From a virus (taxonomy: Duplodnaviria; Caudoviricetes), in IMG/VR virus record IMGVR_UViG_3300044693_000070, positions 1,978 to 65,977 of that record: a DNA stretch of 64,000 bases. The stretch is one strand, 5' to 3'. Position numbers and translations under genes: made by a program. This document shows positions 45,045-55,134 of this stretch, in pieces (within the stretch, counting starts at the first letter, position 1; the number at the start of each line of letters is the position of its first letter). The notes under the pieces are model-generated. The model did no database searches and was not told the origin of the DNA. It saw nothing but the letters and a program-made list of their open reading frames with translations.

Positions 45045-45320
45045 TTAGATATCGTCGTCGCTGGCGGCCGGGGCGCCTGCCGGTTGTTCGGCGGGCTTCT
45101 CGTCCTTCTTGCTCTTACCGCCCTTCGGCGTGTCGGCGGGTGGCAGCTTCATTTCGACCGGCGCGTTATCGACGACGACCTTGCGCAGCGCGTCCTTGTT
45201 GGCGGCATTGATGTCGGCCAGTTCGGCGTCGGTCAGATCGACTTCGGTGTTCGGCTTGACGAGGACGCGCTTGCCCGCGCGGTGCAGGACGATGCTGTGA
45301 TTGGTGATGCGTTTTGCCAT
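45045..45320 (-). CDS. small protein after capsid gene (gpFI position), ends SDDDI
   Basis: GGAG RBS; disordered C-terminal half. Confidence 0.75.
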   Translation of the reverse strand: MAKRITNHSIVLHRAGKRVLVKPNTEVDLTDAELADINAANKDALRKVVVDNAPVEMKLPPADTPKGGKSKKDEKPAEQPAGAPAASDDDI

Positions 45321-45355
45321 GATGGTGTTTCTCCAGTTATGCGGGAATAAGGGAA

Positions 45356-45373
45356 GGCCGGGTTTCCCCGGCC
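45356..45373 (-). terminator. GAAA-loop hairpin after major capsid gene
   Basis: GGCCGGG-GAAA-CCCGGCC; weak U tract. Confidence 0.55.
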
Positions 45374-45384
45374 CGCGTTACGAC

Positions 45385-46437
45385 TTAGGCGACCTTGATG
45401 CTGAACGTCGCGTTCGGCTCGGCCGGGACCATCAGCGGCGCCGACTGCGACAGCAGGTACTCGACGCTCGGATCGTTCTCGCGCCAGTTCTTGAAGAACG
45501 TATCGAGCGGACGATAGCCAGCGTCAGCGTCCATGATCGCGCCGAAGCAGCGCACACCGGCCATCATGTCGGACACGCCGACGACGGTGTTCTGGTCGAG
45601 GTAGTAAGCCTCGTCGCCGGTATCCGGGTCGATGAAGCGGGTCGTATCGACGAAGAATTCCATGCGACCCTGACCGTTCAGGCCAGCCATCGAGCCCATG
45701 TATTCGATGGTGTCGCCGTAGCCGTCGTTAATCAGGGTGATGCTGGTTTGCTGACCGGCGCCACGGTTGATCGAGTTCTGGAGGTCTTTCAGATCGACGC
45801 GCTGGCAGAACAGTTCCCAGGCGTTCGCGCCGAAGAAGTAACGCGAGATACGCGCGCCGCACAGTTCGTTCACGGCGATGCGCGAATCTTTCAGGTCGGC
45901 CAGCGGATCGGCGGTGGTCTGGTCCCACTTGGCGCCACCGGCCAGCACTTTCGTCAGGGCGGCGTCGCGGCGGAAGTCCACGACCACTTCGGGGTAGTCC
46001 TCGCCCTTGATGGTCACTTTGCCGTCGATGGTGGCGCGAGCGGCCAGCCAGTTCCAGGTGTTGTTGATCTTGACCTTCTGGCGGCGCAGCAGTTCCGCGA
46101 TCACGGCGTTGCGGCGCTGGTCGATGGTCAGGGTGCCGCCGATGGCTTCACCAGCCAGGCGTTCGAGGTGCATGGTCACGTCCACCACGTCCTTTTGCTT
46201 GATGTAAGCCGGACGGAAGGTGTCCATTTCAAAGCCGTCCAGCTTTTGCGGGCGGCCTTGTGCGGTCGGCACGACGAACGGTGCCAGCTTACGGTCGTCG
46301 CCGTACACACGCTCGAACAGGATGTTCTTGCCGTCGAAGTTGATCTGGCGCTTGTAGAAGTTGTCGAGCCAGAAGGTCGGCGCGGTCTTGATGCGGCGCT
46401 GGATACCGGCCAGGGTGAACAGATCGAAGATATTCAT
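45385..46437 (-). CDS. major capsid protein (lambda gpE family)
   Basis: 350 aa; LAPFV-P...F-PAYIK-K...QSAPL-VP. Confidence 0.93.
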   Translation of the reverse strand: MNIFDLFTLAGIQRRIKTAPTFWLDNFYKRQINFDGKNILFERVYGDDRKLAPFVVPTAQGRPQKLDGFEMDTFRPAYIKQKDVVDVTMHLERLAGEAIGGTLTIDQRRNAVIAELLRRQKVKINNTWNWLAARATIDGKVTIKGEDYPEVVVDFRRDAALTKVLAGGAKWDQTTADPLADLKDSRIAVNELCGARISRYFFGANAWELFCQRVDLKDLQNSINRGAGQQTSITLINDGYGDTIEYMGSMAGLNGQGRMEFFVDTTRFIDPDTGDEAYYLDQNTVVGVSDMMAGVRCFGAIMDADAGYRPLDTFFKNWRENDPSVEYLLSQSAPLMVPAEPNATFSIKVA

Positions 46438-46479
46438 TTCAGGGTTCCTAGTTGGAGTTGTTGGATGCGAACCGCACGA

Positions 46480-46872
46480 TTAGATCGTGTGGCCGACGCG
46501 GATCGGCGTGCCGGTGAAGAACGACTTGCGTTCCACGTAGGTGTCCAGGGCGGTGCCAGCGGGCCACACCAGGGCTTCGTGGTTGAAGTAGCCTTCGTTC
46601 CAGTACGGGCATTGCTGGCCGGTGACGACCGGGACCGAGACGATCACGGCGCGCGCGGCTTCGCTCGTGCCGACGACGAACTTCTCGATGCCCGAGCCGT
46701 CCGCTTTCAGGTGGCCGATCTCGTAGATGGCGAAGTCGGCCAGGGCCGGGGCCGAGTCAGCGATGACCTGGGCGGCGCCGATGAACAGGGGTGCGACACC
46801 GCCGCGCGTGCCGACAGTCGTACGACCAGCGGCGAGCATCAGGTCGTCGGGTGCGTTGTTAATGTTGCTCAT
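46480..46872 (-). CDS. head decoration protein (gpD-like)
   Basis: G-FN-EAL-WP; position between protease and capsid. Confidence 0.85.
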   Translation of the reverse strand: MSNINNAPDDLMLAAGRTTVGTRGGVAPLFIGAAQVIADSAPALADFAIYEIGHLKADGSGIEKFVVGTSEAARAVIVSVPVVTGQQCPYWNEGYFNHEALVWPAGTALDTYVERKSFFTGTPIRVGHTI

Positions 46873-46904
46873 TTGGTTCTCCGATTATGGGTTGAATTGG
46901 TCGA

Positions 46905-47312
46905 TTACTTCTCGGCCGACTTGTAGCCGGTCGCACGCTCGAAGTCGCCCAGGACAGCGGCGATCTGCTGTTCGCTGGTCATCTTGCCATCGGCGGACGG
47001 TGCGCCACCAGCAGCGGCATCGGCGCCGACGTTCGGCTGCGCGGTGTTCGCCATCGCCTGATGCAGCATGTTGGTCGTGGCGGCCGGTGCGGCGGCTTGC
47101 GGCGCTGCGCTCGGTGCTGCGGCCAGGATTGCTTTCGCGGCGTCGGCCGACATGTCGGTGTTGAACGCCAGGTGGTTCGCCAGATCGGTGCGGCCTTTGG
47201 CTTCTTCGCACGACAGGATGCCCTGCACGCGTGCGCGCTCGGCTTTCTGTGCGTCCTGATTCACGGCCGCAGCCGGTTGGCCTTGTGCCGGGGTGTTTGC
47301 TTCGTTGCTCAT
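46905..47312 (-). CDS. nested scaffold protein (Nu3-like internal start)
   Basis: In-frame ATG 47312 (MSNEANT) preceded by GAGGA; ERARV-GIL...A-HLAFNT-MS. Confidence 0.65.
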   Translation of the reverse strand: MSNEANTPAQGQPAAAVNQDAQKAERARVQGILSCEEAKGRTDLANHLAFNTDMSADAAKAILAAAPSAAPQAAAPAATTNMLHQAMANTAQPNVGADAAAGGAPSADGKMTSEQQIAAVLGDFERATGYKSAEK

Positions 47313-48281
47313 CTTCGGTTCCTCGGTAATGGGTTGGGTTTCGGGTTTAGCGGCCTGCTCGTCATCCGTGTTGTCGTCGGCCGGGGCCGGATCGGGTTGA
47401 TCCTGTTCTTCCTCGTCGTCGTCAATGGCTGCTTGCAGCGCCGCCGATGGTACTGCAATCTTCGTTATCAGGCCGAGTTTCAATGCGTCGTCGGCCCGGT
47501 AAGTTCGAGCCTGCGTATCATAAATGATCTGCGGTTCGAGCCCCAGGTTGCGGGCGACCAGTGCCACGAATTTCGCGCGCGACTTGTCCACGCTTTTCTG
47601 GATATCGGCCTTCACTTCCGGCGACAACTTCTCGTACGGATTGCCATCGACTTTGTGATCGCCGGAATAGATGAACGTGACCTTCACGCCGTAGTTGTCC
47701 AGTGCTTTCGACATGTCCACGTGCATCGACACGACACCCACGGAGCCGACGCCAGCGGACGGAATGGCGATGATCTTGTCGGCCGCCGTGGCGAGCGCGA
47801 ACGATGCGCTGTAGCAGTTGGAATCGACCACGGCGATGATCGGCTTCTGGCCGCGCGACGCGTAGATTTCGTCGCTCAACTCGAAGCAGCCTGCGGCCTC
47901 GCCGCCGAAGCTGTTGTGGTCGTGGACGATGTACTTCACGTCCGGGTCCATCAGCGCCGCGTTGTGCTGCGCGCGGATGAAGTTGTAGCCGGTGACGAAG
48001 CTGTACGACCAGCCGAATCGATTGATAAGCGATCCGTGGACCGGGATGATCGCAATACCTTCCGCGAACGCGAACGGCTTGCTCTGCGTCGGGCGACCGA
48101 GGCCGTACGCTTCGCACAGTTCAAGGCGCGTCTCGTTCATGAATTTCTGCTGCGCTTCTTCCGGCACGGTCCGGGCCATCTGCGCCAGGTCGGCCGCGAA
48201 GCCTTCCTGATACTCACGCGCGATCAACGCCTCGCGCATGTTCATGCGTGTAAGCGCTGCGCGTGCAACGATGTCGCTCAT
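46905..48281 (-). CDS. prohead protease, S49 family, with C-terminal scaffold
   Basis: NS-GG, SASFALATAAD, GSVGVV, SG-HK-DGNPYE. Confidence 0.92.
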   Translation of the reverse strand: MSDIVARAALTRMNMREALIAREYQEGFAADLAQMARTVPEEAQQKFMNETRLELCEAYGLGRPTQSKPFAFAEGIAIIPVHGSLINRFGWSYSFVTGYNFIRAQHNAALMDPDVKYIVHDHNSFGGEAAGCFELSDEIYASRGQKPIIAVVDSNCYSASFALATAADKIIAIPSAGVGSVGVVSMHVDMSKALDNYGVKVTFIYSGDHKVDGNPYEKLSPEVKADIQKSVDKSRAKFVALVARNLGLEPQIIYDTQARTYRADDALKLGLITKIAVPSAALQAAIDDDEEEQDQPDPAPADDNTDDEQAAKPETQPITEEPKMSNEANTPAQGQPAAAVNQDAQKAERARVQGILSCEEAKGRTDLANHLAFNTDMSADAAKAILAAAPSAAPQAAAPAATTNMLHQAMANTAQPNVGADAAAGGAPSADGKMTSEQQIAAVLGDFERATGYKSAEK

Positions 48282-49999
48282 TATTTGGTTCCTTTCTTGC
48301 CACTGTTGTTTTTCGGCTGCGACTGAGATTCGTCGCCGTTATCGCCACCGTTATCGGTCATGGTCTGCTGCGCGTCGTTCGCGCCGGGTTGCGTCGCATC
48401 GGCGTTGAACGACAGGCCCAGCTTGCCCATCATCTTCTGCTCGCGCGCCTGCTGCATGAAGATGCGGCGGAAGTCTTCACCGAGTCGTGCGCACTCAATC
48501 TGGTACGTGGACAGACCCGACTTGATGCGCATGATAGCCGCTTGCGTCTCCTTCATTTCGTCGATCTGGCCGCGCGACGCGCCGATCCACTGGCATGCTG
48601 TCATCGCTTCGCGCATCACCGGGTCGTAGAACATCGTGCGGAACTGCGCGCGCGTCATGCCCTTCGGAATCGGGACTTGGCTGTTCGGCTCGTTGATGAT
48701 CTCTTCGAGCCACAGCACGAACGTCATCGTCGCCTGGCGGTCGGCCACGGTCTTCTTCCGCGACTGCATGTACTTCCATGTCTCGGCCATCGACGCGCGC
48801 GCGCTGCTGTAATTCGTGCGCGTGTAGTCCTTCGTGAACTGCTCGTACGACAGGCCCAGCGGCGCGGCGATGTGGCGCAGCAGGGATTGCTCGAAGTCCG
48901 TGCCGACGCCGCCAGGCGTGCCAGCCGGTTTCAGGTTCAGCTTCGTGCCGGGGAACAGGTGCGGCATCTTCACGCCGTCGATGGCGATGTTCTTCGAGCC
49001 TTCGACGTATGCGTTCAGCGCCGACATGTACTGTCCCAGCGCATCGGCCAGGCCGCCTTGTCCTGCACCCATCGACGCGAACACCACGTCGCTCGGCAGT
49101 TCGGATTCGATGGCGGCCGCGTACGTCGCGTTCACGACGGCGCTTTGCAGCGTCACGTCTTGGAACTTCTTCGTCATGCGCATCTGCTTCAACACGGCCA
49201 CCATGTCGCTGATACCGCGCGACTGATCCGGCAACTGGCGTTCGAGGATATGTATCACCTGGCGGCGACCCCAATTCGTCGCGGCCGGGACTTCCTTCCA
49301 GTACGGGATCGTGTCGTCGGAATACAGGTCGCCAGGGTGCGCGGATCGGATGAAGTAGCTGACCGGCTTGCCGTACAGATTGCGCTTGATGCCGCCACGG
49401 ATATCGCGCGTGTCCATCTGCCCGTCAGGGTTCGACAGGCGCGTTGGCGAAACCATCTGAATCGCGGTATAGAACGGACGGGCCTTGTCCTGTTGCAGCC
49501 ACTCAGCCGTCGCCAGCACCTCGCCGGAAACGACGAAGCCGCCCACGCCCAGGCGGATCATGTCGGTCAGCGTCATCGTGCCGCTGGCGTCGAACCAGCA
49601 TTCGGTGGAATCGGCCAGCAGGTTGAACCGCGATTCGACGTATTCGACCCACTCGGCCGCCCACGATTCATCTGCGCCGAGCGTCACGAAATCCGGCGTC
49701 AGAATCAGGCGGAATTGCGAGCCCACGATGCTGTCCTTGTGCGTGTGGACTGCGCCGTTAATCAGACCGTCGTTTTGCATCGAGTCGCGGCCGCGCGCGT
49801 CCATGATGTCCTTCACGCCGTTCATCTGCATGTCCGGCGAAATGATCGGCGGTTGCCACGTTGCGAGTTCGCGGCTGTGACGGCTCGCGCCTTCGAGGCC
49901 GCCCACCATCGCCTTTTCGCGCGGTCGGCCCACCTCGATCACTTCAACCTGCCCGGCGCTTACGGCGGCCGGGACGCTCTTTGGTTTGCGTGTCGCCAT
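48281..49999 (-). CDS. portal protein (lambda family)
   Basis: R-RD---ND, LGLSYEQ-T-DY---NYSSARAS motifs. Confidence 0.93.
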   Translation of the reverse strand: MATRKPKSVPAAVSAGQVEVIEVGRPREKAMVGGLEGASRHSRELATWQPPIISPDMQMNGVKDIMDARGRDSMQNDGLINGAVHTHKDSIVGSQFRLILTPDFVTLGADESWAAEWVEYVESRFNLLADSTECWFDASGTMTLTDMIRLGVGGFVVSGEVLATAEWLQQDKARPFYTAIQMVSPTRLSNPDGQMDTRDIRGGIKRNLYGKPVSYFIRSAHPGDLYSDDTIPYWKEVPAATNWGRRQVIHILERQLPDQSRGISDMVAVLKQMRMTKKFQDVTLQSAVVNATYAAAIESELPSDVVFASMGAGQGGLADALGQYMSALNAYVEGSKNIAIDGVKMPHLFPGTKLNLKPAGTPGGVGTDFEQSLLRHIAAPLGLSYEQFTKDYTRTNYSSARASMAETWKYMQSRKKTVADRQATMTFVLWLEEIINEPNSQVPIPKGMTRAQFRTMFYDPVMREAMTACQWIGASRGQIDEMKETQAAIMRIKSGLSTYQIECARLGEDFRRIFMQQAREQKMMGKLGLSFNADATQPGANDAQQTMTDNGGDNGDESQSQPKNNSGKKGTK

Positions 50000-50002
50000 G
50001 AT

Positions 50003-50257
50003 TTAGAAGATGAATTGAGCCGGTGCCAGCGCGCGCAGACCGCAACCGCCGAGCGGTGCAAGCTGCATGCGCAGGCTGGTGATATACGACGCGAGTTTCG
50101 CGCTGTTCGCTGCGACGAATTCGACGCGCTCGCCGTTCTGATCGACGACCACGCGCGCAGCCTGGCCCGTCGTGAGTTGGTGGTATGCGGCCACAGCTTC
50201 GTTAAGCTGCACTTCGAGCGCCGCGCGCTGCTCGGGTGTCAAAGGTTGCTGATTCAT
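50003..50257 (-). CDS. head-tail connector gpW-like
   Basis: AYH-L-TG-----V-D-NGERVEF; between terL and portal. Confidence 0.85.
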   Translation of the reverse strand: MNQQPLTPEQRAALEVQLNEAVAAYHQLTTGQAARVVVDQNGERVEFVAANSAKLASYITSLRMQLAPLGGCGLRALAPAQFIF

Positions 50258-50278
50258 TTCGGTTCCCTAGTTGTGGTG

Positions 50279-52342
50279 TTAAGCGAGCGCACTCGCCATC
50301 TTGCCAAAGTCAAATTTTACAGCACCGCTAAACGGCTTTTCCTGCTCTGGTGTCCGTACGAGATCGTTCTTGTCCCACTCGTCGGCCCACGACGGCGGGT
50401 TATTCCAATCGATGCTTTCGACCTTCACGAACGACGACACGGCCACGCCAATGCAGTAGTACGACAAGTCCCACGCCTCGTTGCGGACGTTCGTGTTGTG
50501 CTCCCATCCTTTCGGCGTTCGCACCTCGGCGCACAGTTCGGCGTAGAACGTGTCGTCGAGCCAGTCCGGCATGCGGTACATGCCCTTGCCCGGTTCGACG
50601 CAATCCAGGCGGCCATCAAGGTCGTCTTTCAGGATCGTCGGGTTCAGCATCAGCACTGGAATGTCGCCGCGTGCGCCCGACTTGGAATCCTTGCGGCTGC
50701 TGTCGGGGAAGCTGACGCGCGTGCGCGGCTGGCCCGGCGTCGAGTCGCCTTTCAGCAGCGTGAAGCGGCGATGCTTGTTCATCTTCACCAGCTTGCGATA
50801 GAACTCGTATGCCTTCGTCGTCGCACCTTTCTTACCGCCCGAGTCGCAGCCGGTCATCTTGATCGACATGAGGCGGCCGGACCCGTCAGCGAGCGGGTAT
50901 TCCTTCTCCATGACCTGTTCGATCAGCAGTTCCCAATCCTCGGCGTAGGCGTGCGGCTTGATCTCTTCCGGGTGCCCGTCTTCGTCCAGGCGCTTCGACT
51001 TCTTCACGAGGAAGCGGTCGATCACGGCGATGTCGAACGGATAGCCCGGCATGATGCCGAAGACCTGCACGACGAACGAAGACTTCTGCACGTCCACGGT
51101 GGCGATCAGGAAGCGCACGCCCTCGGGAACGACCTTCTCGCCAAGCGTGAATTCGGCGCGGGCCTTGATCGTTTCCGGCAGGCGAATTTCCATGCGCGCG
51201 CGGCTGTAGTACGGCTCGCCCAGGTCGTTGTTGTAGAACTTTTTCAGCGTCTCTTCCGTGCCGGTGCGCTCGAAGTCGTCCATCGCGTCGAGGTACGTCA
51301 CGGTCAGCTTCTTCCATGTCGTGAACGCAGCGGCCACGCCGCGCAGCCAGAACGACGCGATCAGCGAGCGCACCGACTTGCCGAAGCGCTGACCGAACTT
51401 GTTGATGGCCTCGCCGTCCTTCACCCACATGCCCCACAGGTTCATTTCGTAGCGGTCGTCCGGCATGATCTTCTGCGCGCACTTCGGACATTCCATGTAG
51501 ACCGTCTCGGCCACTTCGAGATTCGACATGCCCTCTTTGCGGTCCCACTTGAGCATTTCAAACTTACCCTCGAAATAGTGGTCGCAGTGCGGGCAAGGCC
51601 AGTACCAGCGGCGCCGGTCGCCACGGTTATACAGGCCGATAATCCCGTCGCACGGCGGCGCCTCGTGCGGGGTGCGCGGAATCCATTTGATGTCTTTCAC
51701 CTCGCGCGATGGCGACGATTCGGCCACGCACATCGCGTTCGATCCGAAGGTCGTGGTTCGCTTCGCAGCCAGGTCGTACGGCTCGCCCTCGCCGTCCACG
51801 TCGTCCACCATACGATCCCGGTCGGTCAGCACAACGCGGCCGATTGGCTTACCGGCCAGTTCGGTCGGCGTCGGCCAGGACAGCGACAGCATCATGCCGG
51901 TGTTATAGAGCTTGTCGAACTTGTTGTCGTTGTCCGCGCCCGGCAGCAGCATTTTGCCGATCTCGGGCGAATAGCGGTTCAGGCGGTCGATACGGCGCAT
52001 GGAGAAGTCGCGCGCGGCCGTGTTGGTCGGGCACACGATCATCATGTCCATCGGATCGACCTTGATGCTGTAGGCCGTGCAGTTCACGACCAGGGCATCG
52101 GTCTTTGCCGACTGCGCCGGGCCGACGAAGATCATGCCGTTGTACGTCGTGGACGCGAACACGTTCATCGGTTCGACCATGTACGGCGTCGTTGCGTTGT
52201 ACCAGGGGCCGACGTACGCGCCCGGCGAGTTCACGATCCTGTATTTCGCTGCGGCTTCGGCCACGGTGGTGCGCTCGGGCGGCCGCAGCATTTCGGCGCA
52301 CGAGATCACCAGTGCTTCGATACTGTCAAAGTTCATCGTCAT
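50279..52342 (-). CDS. terL: terminase large subunit (GpA family)
   Basis: Walker A GPAQSAKT; SSP, CPHC/CPKC; TVDVQ and DSGG nuclease motifs; NEAWD-YY. Confidence 0.95.
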   Translation of the reverse strand: MTMNFDSIEALVISCAEMLRPPERTTVAEAAAKYRIVNSPGAYVGPWYNATTPYMVEPMNVFASTTYNGMIFVGPAQSAKTDALVVNCTAYSIKVDPMDMMIVCPTNTAARDFSMRRIDRLNRYSPEIGKMLLPGADNDNKFDKLYNTGMMLSLSWPTPTELAGKPIGRVVLTDRDRMVDDVDGEGEPYDLAAKRTTTFGSNAMCVAESSPSREVKDIKWIPRTPHEAPPCDGIIGLYNRGDRRRWYWPCPHCDHYFEGKFEMLKWDRKEGMSNLEVAETVYMECPKCAQKIMPDDRYEMNLWGMWVKDGEAINKFGQRFGKSVRSLIASFWLRGVAAAFTTWKKLTVTYLDAMDDFERTGTEETLKKFYNNDLGEPYYSRARMEIRLPETIKARAEFTLGEKVVPEGVRFLIATVDVQKSSFVVQVFGIMPGYPFDIAVIDRFLVKKSKRLDEDGHPEEIKPHAYAEDWELLIEQVMEKEYPLADGSGRLMSIKMTGCDSGGKKGATTKAYEFYRKLVKMNKHRRFTLLKGDSTPGQPRTRVSFPDSSRKDSKSGARGDIPVLMLNPTILKDDLDGRLDCVEPGKGMYRMPDWLDDTFYAELCAEVRTPKGWEHNTNVRNEAWDLSYYCIGVAVSSFVKVESIDWNNPPSWADEWDKNDLVRTPEQEKPFSGAVKFDFGKMASALA

Positions 52343-52919
52343 CCTCTTCTTGTGCTTTGGCGACGACCGCCTCGGCCTTTTCGATCACAGCCGGATTCGT
52401 CGGCTGCTTGCCGAATTCGTCGAGCACATTGCGATACAGTTCTTCCAGCATGCCGTCGCCCAACGCCTTCACGATGCTGCGCTGGCGGTCGGTCAGTTCG
52501 GCCTGGCGATCCACCGCATCGGACATCAGGCGCACGCTCATCTTCACCAGCTTCATGAGGCCACCGATGACGCCGACGACGCGTTCCGTGGGCCACAGGT
52601 TGCCCTCGCGCTGCTCGAACTCTTGGCGCGAGCGCTGGCCCGCCCAAAACTCCTTTGTCAGCATCTTCGGCAGGTCGTTGTGGTGCATCTTCTTGATGTA
52701 CGTCTCGATGTCGTACGCGGGCTTCACGAGATACGGGGCCACCTCATGCACCGCGTAGATATCGACGCCGTTGCGCGTGCCGCAGGGCTTGCACTTGTGG
52801 ATTTTCGCAACGATGCTGCGGTGATCCATGCGGAACAACTCGCCAAGCTGGGACAGGTTCGCGCCGTCGTACAGGATCGCGCGCGTGGTGTCATCGGTTC
52901 CCTCAGTTCTTTTCGCCAT
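52326..52919 (-). CDS. terS: terminase small subunit (Nu1/DUF1441-like)
   Basis: N-terminal HTH-like region, K-FW---R-R--FE---G-LW; overlaps the terL start. Confidence 0.85.
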   Translation of the reverse strand: MAKRTEGTDDTTRAILYDGANLSQLGELFRMDHRSIVAKIHKCKPCGTRNGVDIYAVHEVAPYLVKPAYDIETYIKKMHHNDLPKMLTKEFWAGQRSRQEFEQREGNLWPTERVVGVIGGLMKLVKMSVRLMSDAVDRQAELTDRQRSIVKALGDGMLEELYRNVLDEFGKQPTNPAVIEKAEAVVAKAQEEDDDEL

Positions 52920-53130
52920 TTGTTCGCTCGTCGATAAGTTGTGACAAGGCCCGGCGCGACAGTCGGCCGATTACCTCGATGTGATTGCGGTGGTAGGGTT
53001 GGAGCGGGCGGCCGCCGTTGCGGTACGCCGCGTATGTGGAATAAGCGATGCCGAGGACTTGGCATGCTTGCGTCGGGCCGAGGCCGACCAGCGCCTCGAA
53101 CTCGACTAACAATTTATACGGTTTATCCAT
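52903..53130 (-). CDS. small XRE/Cro-like HTH protein
   Basis: GPTQACQVLGIAYSTYAAYRNGGR HTH pattern. Confidence 0.75.
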   Translation of the reverse strand: MDKPYKLLVEFEALVGLGPTQACQVLGIAYSTYAAYRNGGRPLQPYHRNHIEVIGRLSRRALSQLIDERTNGEKN

Positions 53131-53193
53131 TTACCGACCTATCCATTGAATAGGTCGGCATCTTACATGCTTGTCGGCAACGTCAGAACGAAT

Positions 53194-55134
53194 TCAAAGT
53201 TCGTCGTCCTCGTAGCAGTCGGAGCCCGGACCACACGGCCCGCCAGCATCGCCGCAGCGCGGACAGTGCTCGTGTTGCAGATACTCGTCGGGCACGTCCA
53301 GTTCGTCCACCTCGACCAGATTCCCAGCCTCGGTGCAGTTCAGGAATTCCTCGCCGGTCATCTTCGCGTAGCTGTCGCTTTCGGGATGGTAGTACCAGCG
53401 CTGTTCGCTGGTCAGCGGGAACTCTTCGATGGCCTGCGTCGGCGCGTCGTGATCCGTCAGCACTTCGACCACCTTATCCCACTCGGCATCGCCCGGCTTC
53501 ACCTTGCGTCCTTTCAGCAGCTTTTTCAACTTGCGGGCCATGCGCTTCATGATCGTGAATAGCATGTCCTGCGCGTCGTTCTTCGCCGTCAGCGCTTCGA
53601 CCACGGCCTCGTCGAGCGTGCCAACGCAGATCAGCAGGAACACGGTGACGCGGTGCTTCTGCCCCTGGCGTGCCAGGCGGCCGATGAATTGAAGGTACAG
53701 TTCGAGCGACCACGGAATGTCGAAGAACACGATGATGTGCCCACCGGCTTGCAGGTTCAGGCCGTGCCCGCCCGACTGCGGGTGCATCAGCAGCATCGGG
53801 ATTTTCCCCTGGTTCCACTTCTTGATGCACTTGCCCTCGCGGTCCATCAGCGTCGCCTGCGGGAACGCCTTCATCAGCCGGTCTTTCGACGCGCGGTGGT
53901 GATAGCCGACGAGGATCGGCTTACCCTGCGACTCTTCGACGATCTGCTTCAACTCTTCGATCTTGTGCTCGTGAATCTTGTGAATCTTCGTGATCTTCAC
54001 GTGCTCGTCTTCGTCTGTCTGACCTGGCTCCAGCTTCGTTTCGTACAGCACGCCGGATGCCATTTGCAGCAGCTTCGCGGACAGTGCTGCGGCGGTGTCG
54101 GCCACCACTTCGCTGCCGTCGTCGAGCGTCACTACCATGTCGCGTTCGAGCGTCAGGTACAACTCGCGCTGTGCTGGTGTCATGACCACCTTCCTCTGCA
54201 CGAACAGCGGCGGCGTGCGCGGCAAGTAGTCCTCTTCCTTCATGACCAGGCAGATATCGCTGATCTTCGCCAGGATTTCCTTCTCGGCGCCTGGCCGCAG
54301 CTTCCATTTCCGCGTGTAGCGGTTCTCGGTGAAGTAGCGCTCGCGGAAGTCGGTGATGCCGCGACCGAAGCGCTTGCCGCGATCCAGCAGGTAAATCTGC
54401 GCGAACAGGTGTTCGTACGATTCGGCGGCCGGTGTCGCGGTGAGAATGTGCAGGCGCTTGATGAAGCCCGGCTGATCGCGCACGGTTTGCAGCGCCTTGA
54501 AGCGGGCCGAGTTGTGATCCTTGAAGCCGCTCGACTCGTCGATGATGATCGTCTTGTACGGCCAGCGACGGCGGGCCTTCCAGTACGACACCAGCCATTC
54601 GATCCAGTCGCGCGAAATGATGTGGACCGACGCCTTGCTGTTCGTCGCGGCCTCGCGCAGTTCCTCGCGCTTCTGCGCGGCCATGCGGGTCGCGTGCGCG
54701 CGGGCTTCCTTGTCGCGCTCGGATGCGAACAGCGCGTTGCTGTTGGCGCGGCCAGCGGCCATGCCCTCGCGGTACGCCTGCTTCACGCGATCATCGTCGT
54801 CATCGACGTGGATGACCGACACGCCCAGGTGCGCCAGGTGGCTCCACTTCCTGAACTCGTTCGGCCAGGTCTGCGTGGCGACGCGCAGCGGGCCGATGAT
54901 GAGCACAGGATCGTCGTCCGCGAACTCGTTCACCAGATCGGCAACGAGCGTCGCGCATGTCACCGTCTTGCCCAGGCCCATGTCGATGAACAGCCCGGAG
55001 AACGGGTTATCGTGCAGGAACTTGAGGCCGGTGTTCTGGTATCCGTGCATCTGCTCGCGGTGCAGTTCTACCTCGGCAAACTGCGCGCGGATGGCCTCGC
55101 GGACGGCTTCGATTGTGCGGTTCTCGCGCATCAT
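53194..55134 (-). CDS. SNF2-family helicase
   Basis: DMGLGKT, IIDESS, LTATP, G-GLNLQ, QFIGRLARQGQ; start ATG 55134. Confidence 0.92.
   Translation of the reverse strand: MMRENRTIEAVREAIRAQFAEVELHREQMHGYQNTGLKFLHDNPFSGLFIDMGLGKTVTCATLVADLVNEFADDDPVLIIGPLRVATQTWPNEFRKWSHLAHLGVSVIHVDDDDDRVKQAYREGMAAGRANSNALFASERDKEARAHATRMAAQKREELREAATNSKASVHIISRDWIEWLVSYWKARRRWPYKTIIIDESSGFKDHNSARFKALQTVRDQPGFIKRLHILTATPAAESYEHLFAQIYLLDRGKRFGRGITDFRERYFTENRYTRKWKLRPGAEKEILAKISDICLVMKEEDYLPRTPPLFVQRKVVMTPAQRELYLTLERDMVVTLDDGSEVVADTAAALSAKLLQMASGVLYETKLEPGQTDEDEHVKITKIHKIHEHKIEELKQIVEESQGKPILVGYHHRASKDRLMKAFPQATLMDREGKCIKKWNQGKIPMLLMHPQSGGHGLNLQAGGHIIVFFDIPWSLELYLQFIGRLARQGQKHRVTVFLLICVGTLDEAVVEALTAKNDAQDMLFTIMKRMARKLKKLLKGRKVKPGDAEWDKVVEVLTDHDAPTQAIEEFPLTSEQRWYYHPESDSYAKMTGEEFLNCTEAGNLVEVDELDVPDEYLQHEHCPRCGDAGGPCGPGSDCYEDDEL

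Noticed and set aside
48263-52558. Very long + strand ORFs (1431 aa here; also 37120-40335, 45301-46926, 40423-42015 and others)
   Set aside because: Antisense shadows of real minus-strand genes in a high-GC genome; no RBS, no motifs, and they fully overlap terminase, portal, capsid or tape measure.
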